From NCBI RefSeq assembly GCF_009914755.1, contig NC_060947.1: DNA of 64,000 bases. One strand, given 5' to 3'. Position numbers and translations under genes: made by a program. The stretch's first letter is position 1. The number at the start of each line of letters is the position of its first letter. This document shows positions 56,501-64,000 of this stretch, piece after piece. The DNA comes from the human T2T-CHM13v2.0 reference genome, Homo sapiens. Below the pieces are notes generated by a model, which was given only the letters and a program-made list of their open reading frames with translations, had not been told where the DNA came from and did no database searches.

Positions 56501-56752
56501 GAAGCTAAGGTATGAGGATGGAAGGGCATACGAATGATACAATGGACTTTGGGGATTCAGGGTGAAGGGTGGGAGAGGGTTAGAGATAAAAGACTACACA
56601 CTGGTGTAGCGTACACTGCTTGGGTGATGTGTGTATCAAAATCTCAGAAATGACCTCTAAACAACTTATTCATGTAACCAAACACTAACTGTTCCCCAAA
56701 GACCTATTGAAATAAGAACAAACATAAAAAAATATATAAAATAAAAATTTAG
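50587..56752 (+). mobile_element. Near full-length L1PB (L1PB1-3 type), ORFs disrupted
   Basis: 5' gcaggactaacttgtagctcccactcggatggacaga; EN (IKGLVQQENITILNI) and RT fragments; 3' end catgtaaccaaacactaactgttcccc; TSD aaaatgagcattcat / aaaatgagccttaat. Confidence 0.93.
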
Positions 56753-57306
56753 AAAATGAGCCTTAATACAACTGATATAAAACTAAAATTTGGTCTTTTT
56801 AAACTGAATTTTTTATATAGTATTAATAAAAGATAGTAAAATATTCACATTTTGATTAAACTGCAAAAAGAGAGAGTGATATGTTATCAAAAATTAAATA
56901 TTAAGAATTAAGGTTTTGCTTTTCCTATGTAGCTTCCTTTACTTGCTTTTAAAAACTTATAATTATCACTTTGTTTAAATGGATGACTATTATTTTGCAA
57001 TGACCTATGATCCTCTTTTGATCAAGTGTTTTAAACCTTTGATATATTTGACAGTCTTCCTAAAATCAAATTCCAAATTCTAAATTTAGTCTATTTGACC
57101 ACAAGCTAACTTTTGGACAATCTAGAAGGGCCCGTGGAAAGAAAAGAGAGACTTATTAAACTAATTGGCTTACTTAACATGTTAAAATTATATGGAAAGC
57201 TTATCAAATAAGAAATGATGTTTAACTCTGAGTCATATTTGTATAAATTTGTTATTAATATTTGATCTGAAATGTATGAGATTCCTAGAAATCTGATAAG
57301 TCTTTG

Positions 57307-57888
57307 CGTAATGGCTAATATTGAGTGTCAACTTGACTGAATTAGGAGATGCCTAGATATCTGGTAAAGTATTGTTTCTTGGTTTGTCTGAAGGTGTGTT
57401 TAGAGGGGATTGACGTTTGAGTCAGTGGAATGAGAGAAAAAGACCACTCTCAATATGGATGGACACTACCCAATCAGTTGCCAGCATTGCTAAAACAAAG
57501 CAGGTGGAAAAAAGGGGTTAAGTAGCTTGCTGAGTCCTCTCACTCTCTGTCTCTTTTCAGGCCAGACACTTGCTTCCTCTGCTCCTGCTCTTAAACATCA
57601 GACTCCAGGTTCTTAGGCTCTGGACTCTGAGACTTTCGTCAGTGGTCTTCCACTTGGGCCTTTGGCATCAAACCAAGGGCTGCACTGTCGGCTTCCCTGG
57701 TTTTAAGGCTTTCAGAATTGGACAGAGCCATGCTACTGACTTGCTTCTCTCTTTGCCCAGCTTGTAGACAGTCTATTGTAGGTCTTTGCCTTGTAATAAT
57801 GTTAGCCAACTCTCCGAAATAAACTCCCTTTTATATATATACATATATCATATTGGTTCTGTCCCTTTGGAGAATCTTCACTAATGTA
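57307..57888 (+). mobile_element. MLT2A2/MLT2B-type solo LTR (HERV-L)
   Basis: gtaatggctaatattgagtgtcaacttga...tattggttctgtccctttggagaa; TSD ctttg / cttgg. Confidence 0.9.
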
Positions 57889-59070
57889 CTTGGTATACAT
57901 TATCAGTCATAACTCTAATGTAAATTTGTTGTGTGCTATAAAAATAACCAAATTTCCATGTTGATTATATTATTGTTATAATGAATTCTCATCAGGCTTT
58001 TAAGAATGTCCATTTTAAGTCTTGTGCATAGTAAATTGCTTTATTCTGATGCATTTCTCTTAAAACTTGTTACAAATTTTAAAGTATTGTGTTTTCTAGA
58101 AGGTATGTAGGAAAATAATTTTAATATTCTCATAAGTACAGGTTTCTAACATGTTTGAATTTATAGGATTTGACTAAATTTCCAGAATTCTAATAAAAAA
58201 GAAACAAAAACTGGACCCATAAAATTTCTATCCCAACACTAAGCAGAATAAGAATTAATTACATAACATTCAATTGATAAAGAAACTATATTTTAATAAT
58301 GTTTTATTGAAAACATTGCTGATTTTTTAAATGATTTGCTTTTCAAATGGAGGGAAACATTTTTTAAACTATATATAGCTTGTAGCAAATTGAAAAAGCA
58401 TACTTTTGTGAGTAGAACTGAATTATTTACTTTCATCCTAACTAATTCTTTCAGAATTTGAAAACTATTTATAAATATTCTTATTTTATGACAATATAGT
58501 AATTTTCATAAGTTCAAAAATATCTTCTCTTTATAACAGGACAATTGGGGACACTGGTGGTACTACCAAGGCTTTGACTGGAATGTTATATTTCACATAT
58601 GACCAGTTGGCTTTCAGAAACTGAGGTTGGATTTATGAAGCCAATTAAAACCTTTGAAAACCTGGTCTGGTATTTTGTCTAGACAGGCTGGCCTTTTAGT
58701 AAGTGAAGAATGTCAGTTTTGACATGCCCAGGATTTTAAGTTATTTGGGGACCTCAAGAAAAGAGGTATTCAACCAACTGATATACGTAATATAGGCACA
58801 GTGATGTTACATTTTTGCTTTGGCTTATTAGCCTCAAATGGCTTTTCCAAAAGTGTAGTCTGAGGTTTCTTATGAAAACCTCTCAACAAAGCTAACTTTA
58901 AAAAGAGCATATATTATCAATCACCAATCTTGCTACACTTACATAATCAGTCCAAAAGTGAAGCTCATTTAGCAAACACGCCATTCTGACAGTGACCATC
59001 TTTGGTTAAACTATGGGGGATTTAGAGAAAAAAATGTTTTAGACAAAACCTATAATGCATCCATTATTAG

Positions 59071-59488
<418 letters not shown>

Positions 59489-59991
59489 CTATTTGCCTAT
59501 TCTTCTTTTTTGGAATCACTGGAAATTAAAACTGCCTTTATCTTGAGGCCCTACAAGCCAAAGCAACACAATTTGGATTTGAAGAAAAATCACCACAACA
59601 GCTTACATTTGGACAAACTTAATAACATGTAAACTGCAAACTAAAAGAATCTTTCAGATAGACACTGCCTGCTTCTGCTCGAATTGAAAATGAACCTCAA
59701 ATGCGAAATCTAGACATTTTCTCTACTACTGGACACAGAAACCACTTAATAAACTACTCCAAATATTACTCTTTGTTTTATTTTCATTTCCATAGAAATG
59801 CCTCTTACTAAAACCTGTTTGCCTAGACCATATAGTGGCCTAGCTTTCAGAGACGATCTGCAATGCCATCTTCTAAAATGAGCACACTGTTTTAATTGGA
59901 CTGACCTATACCTAGGAATGAGAGACTGGCTTAATTGGATACTTCGCACTCGGCTATTAACTCTATTGTCTGCACAGCTACCAATTTAGGG

Positions 59992-60100
59992 TTTGTTTGT
60001 TTGTTTGTTTTTGACAGAGTCTCGCTGCTCTGTCACCCAGGTTGGAGTGCCCTGGTGCGATCTCGGCTCACTGCAACCTCCGCCTGCCAGGCTCAAACAA
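59992..60100 (-). mobile_element. Alu 3' fragment (about 90 bp plus (TTTG)n tail)
   Basis: gacagagtctcgctgctctgtcacccaggttggagtg...caggctcaaacaatt, then the Alu stops. Confidence 0.88.
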
Positions 60101-60310
60101 TTATCCTTTTCCCCATCTCCCTTACCCCTATGTAGCATTGTGTATAAGCATGTGGGCATCATTGGGTTATTGGGTAATCATTTTTCTGAAATTATCCTAT
60201 GCTTATGCATATTAAATAAATTTGCATACCTTTTTCTTCTGTTAATCTGGCTGCTATCAGTTAACATTCAGTAAACCTTTAGAGGGCAAAAGGAAAGCTT
60301 TTCCCCTTTA
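60101..60310 (+). mobile_element. 3' portion of a MER34/MER39-like LTR
   Basis: aataaatttgcatacctttttcttctgttaatctg...aacctttagagggcaaaaggaaagcttttcccctt. Confidence 0.7.
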
Positions 60311-60314
60311 AATA

Positions 60315-60683
60315 AACCATTATCCAATTCTGCGATAAAACAGTTCGTGTCATTGATGAATGAGTGAAGTTCCAACATGCACCTTTATTGTTTCATTGTT
60401 GTCTCATTCATTAACCTAAACAAAAATGTCAACCAACATTCATGGCAAAAGTACACTCATTTGTCAATTATAATAAGTAGGATATGGCAACAAGAGTTCA
60501 ACAAAAATTTCAAAAATATTCTGTAATAATCAATTGGCAATATGAATTTACAGTAAAGTTTTTTCTTTATTACTTTGCATTGTGTGCTACATATCTTTTA
60601 TGTTAGTAAAATTATATATATATATACACATATATACTTCTTTTCCAGAAACTGATTGTTAAACACTTACAAGTAAATAATTG
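60315..60683. mobile_element. MER63/Blackjack hAT fragment
   Basis: Terminus ccagaaactgattgttaaacacttacaag resembles MER63 gagccggttgttaaacatttaccagc. Confidence 0.6.
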
Positions 60684-61020
60684 AGTATAATTGTACTGTT
60701 CTACTTATATAATGGCTGCGATTTATTTCATGAGATTATTTTTAAACGGTATAGCTATGTTTAATGCAAATATAAGACTTATTAAGATAAATGGGCTTAA
60801 AAATTAAACCAAAAGGTAAATATTTTTTATAGATCACTCTTTTAAGGTGTACTACCCAGATAGAGCCTGAATTCCTTACTATTATCAGCCCCAATTTATT
60901 TTAATAATGATTTCATAGCTAGAATTGATTATTAGACTTGTTTGATTATTAAATCAGTTTGGACTACCTGAGGTAATTCAATGGATGGTCTTAGTTTATC
61001 TTTCTAGCATTGTAATTAAA

Positions 61021-61023
<3 letters not shown>

Positions 61024-61055
<32 letters not shown>

Positions 61056-61077
61056 GGTGGGTAAGAGAGAGAGAGAA
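61024..61077. repeat. (TG)n and (GA)n microsatellites
   Basis: Directly visible. Confidence 0.9.
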
Positions 61078-62204
61078 AATGATAGAGAAAGGGAAAACAA
61101 AGCAACAAAAAGTATTATTTTTTAAACATCAAGCACAAGTCATTTATGACTGTGCCCCTAATCTGAGGGGAGCCATTTCCCACTTTTTAAAAGTGATAAA
61201 CATGTTTTTTTCTCCTCATATCATTAATTAATTCTTTTTCTAAATGGTTCTTAAAATTTAAATATAATAGCACATTTATTAGCAGTAAAAATTACCTTAA
61301 AAACTAGCTACTCTTTGAAAACTGCCTTCTTAGAAGTCATCAAAAGTCTTTCATTTTAAAAGAATCCTGCTTTAAAATAAGCTTAAATAGAAAACCTAAC
61401 AAGGTCTTTAAAAATGATTTAAAGAAATTTCATCTATCACAAAGGCTTATGATTGCTTTACTTTATTCTTTGTAGAAGATTCTACATATGAGTGTGAGAA
61501 AGATGAATTATACCTCTGTATGCATGGGAAATACCTTGATCCACTAAATCCATAGTATAGGGAAGCAATTTATAAGAGGGTTTCACTATTCTGGTTTTCT
61601 ATTATCATCAGAATATTGTAATCTTTCTGAAGTGTCTCTGGCATTCTCTATGCGACATCTTTAAATCTACCATCACAGTATCTGTCTTTGTCTTCCTTTT
61701 ATTTGAAAAGCAAATAAACTACCAATTGTTTTTTAATTAATTTGATCAATGATATAAAGCTCTTCATTTAGTTTCTATCTGTGTGGAAACTCACCCACAG
61801 CATCTTTTGCTTTCATGTGATTCCAGAAGCAAATTTTATAATAAAGTTTCCCTACAGGTTTTAAAATGATCAAGTTTATATTCTACCTGATTTTCATTGT
61901 ACTTTATTTCTCCCTATATAATTGGAAAAAGATATTAGAAGATACATTGATTTTATCTGCCTCTATATAGGAAGTCTATAAACCAGATGACTGAAAAGAA
62001 CAAAACGGAAAACACTTAAACTTCACTGATTATCAGAATCAGGAAAACAATGGTTTAGGAAATAATAGCATTCTGCAATCCACTGAAGACATGCTGAATC
62101 AGTTTCTTCTAGGTCTGGAAACAAGAAATTTATTTTTTCTCAGCTGTTGAATTATTCCGATGTAAACAGGTTTAGTGCTTAAATTTGGAAATCAGTGTCA
62201 TAGA

Positions 62205-62352
62205 TGAGTGGTTGTCAAAATGTTGTTCATAGACCAGCAGCATCAGCATCACCTAGGAAAATGTTAGAAATGCAAATTCTTGGGCCCCATCACTCAATCG
62301 CTGAGGATGGGACACAGGTGGTTCTGATGCATGCTGATGACTGAGAATCACG
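62205..62352. mobile_element. MER5A MITE
   Basis: gaccagcagcatcagcatcacctaggaaaatgttagaaatgcaaattct. Confidence 0.85.
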
Positions 62353-62365
62353 GTACAGAATATAC

Positions 62366-62824
62366 TGATGCAGGATTTTCTGCTCCTTAGCTCACCTAAA
62401 TCCGGGATCTTGTCTCATCACCAGGAAGTAGTAGGCACACGGACACAATGAAGGGGGGTGAGGGCAGAATTTATTAAGTGAAAGGAAAGCACTCAGTAAA
62501 GAGAGGTGTCCTGCACACAGGCTTCCACCTCACAAATTTGAATACCAGGCCACCACGCATGAGTTGCAAAGGTAAGGCTCCTCCCCCACAAAAGGTGCAA
62601 ATTCCTGGGGGTTTGACCCTATTCTCTCAGGGTGCATGCCGACCCTTAGTCTGAGCCACTCCACATTGATTTATTTCCATTACTGTGCATGTGTTAAGGG
62701 ATGGAATTTTTGAGTGTGGGCATATTTAGGCAACCCCCATGTGTGGAATGATTTGGGCAGGTTGGAGGTTCTTTGAGGGCCCTTCCCTATCTGCTAGGCA
62801 TTTGTCAGCTTCCTGCCTCTATCA
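62366..62824 (-). mobile_element. ERV1 3' LTR of the HUERS-P3 group (MER61/MER83-like)
   Basis: TG...CA termini; minus strand starts TGATAGAGGCAGGAAGCTGACAAATGCCTAGCAGATAGGG, preceded by a purine-rich tract TAGAAGCGGGAA. Exact subfamily uncertain. Confidence 0.75.
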
Positions 62825-64000
62825 TTCCCGCTTCTAAAGAGGTACATCTGACTGTGTTAGAATACGGATGAAGACTGATCTTAACTGCTTCCTGCTGACA
62901 GGGGGCGCTGTTTTGGGAAGATGGCAGTCATGTCTCCCTCAGAGGCCTATCTAAGGGTCCCCAGTAAAAAGAGCCATCATCAGAGGCATTGTTTGCATGA
63001 CCATTTAGAGTTTGGTGGCCTGAAGGTGAGAAGAGACAAACTGGGTTATTAGAATACATGTATCAAAACGAAACAAAAAGGGGTGGGTAAGGACAGCTCA
63101 AAAATCCCAAGACTGATGGCACACCCAGATAGCTGGTGGCTACAGTTATGCCTGCCAAGATTTGGGTGCATGGGACTTGGCTTTGATTAGCTCCCTTGGT
63201 CTTATTTTCCCGTATAAAGAAACCTCCGGGTTATGGACAGCCTATTTACTCGTATCACCTTGCAGGGTTTGTAGGATAATTGCCCAGAACTAGAATATTA
63301 ATCCAGACTTTTACATTACGCATCCCTTCTGTTTCTTCTGAACTGCAGCTAGACATCACTGGTTGATCCATGAAATAAGCAGGGTTAGTTCAAAATGTGG
63401 GTAAAAAGCTTAAAAACAACTGAGTCTAGAATTTAATGACAAATGTATGGTAAGTTTTGAAACTTATCATACAGTGGCATGCTCTCAGCTCACTGCAACC
63501 TCCACCTCTCCAGTTCAAGTGATTCTCCTTCCTCAGCCTCCCTAGTAGCTGAATTACAGGTGCACGCCAACATGCCCAACTAATGTTTGTATTTTTAGTA
63601 GAGACAGGGTTTCTCCACGTTGGCCAGGCTGGTCTCAAAATCCTGGTCTCAAGTGATCCTCCCGCCTCAGCCTCCCAAAATCCTGGGATTACAGGAGTGA
63701 GCCACCATGCCTGGTCCATTCTGTTAACACTTGTTCTGTTTGATATTTCTGAACATTTCAGCTATTCATTAATCCTGTATGTTTTTCCTTATTCCAATGT
63801 CATAATCTCCAAAGTTATCAGAAACCTGAATTTGAGAGCACCTGTCGAAGTCTTATAGCTGATTATAAATCATCTTTTGAAGAGGATCAAGATGAGACAA
63901 TTGTCTGTGAATAACAAAATGTCCAGGGTAGTTACAATTAAATACACAATTGACAAGAAATTTGGTTATCACTTTGGTTTACAATAATTTAACCTTAATT
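62825..64000 (-). mobile_element. ERV1 internal region (HUERS-P3/MER4 group), continuing beyond the window
   Basis: Contiguous with the LTR; typical motifs ggataattgcccagaactagaata and tctccaaagttatcagaaacctg. Confidence 0.75.
63471..63716 (-). mobile_element. AluS lacking its 3' ~40 bp and poly(A) tail
   Basis: Starts at cagtggcatgctctcagctcactgc with no poly(T) and no TSD. Confidence 0.9.

Noticed and set aside
50587-56752. Potentially active L1PB
   Set aside because: Many stops and frameshifts; the RT motif has decayed to FTDD.

Overview
AT-rich primate (human-like) genomic DNA, intergenic or deep intronic, and mostly transposon-derived. I found no supportable protein-coding gene, rRNA, tRNA or CRISPR array; the ORF track is L1 ORF1/ORF2 debris, Alu/LTR-derived frames and microsatellites. 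Main contents: a two-LTR THE1C-type element (1132-3277); an L1MA-type element split by a full-length ~8 kb old L1PA; a truncated L1PA with TSD; MER57, MER9, THE1, LTR10 and MLT2 LTRs; a MER34/MER4-group provirus remnant carrying a full-length L1PB; a HUERS-P3-group provirus running off the right edge; Alus; and ancient DNA transposons. Subfamily names come from remembered consensus sequences, not a database run. The most unusual signal is a set of short (~60-100 bp) templated insertions and fold-back hairpins inside the L1s, three of which have a plausible same-orientation donor 1.6-2 kb downstream. Also notable: an AP-1-motif LTR10 wedged between two divergent L1 5'UTRs, a CTCF-like motif in ERV internal sequence, a DUX4 site kept in one THE1 LTR and deleted in the other, a miR-1302-like MER53, and weak candidate exons. 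I cannot support a claim of a new biological system here.
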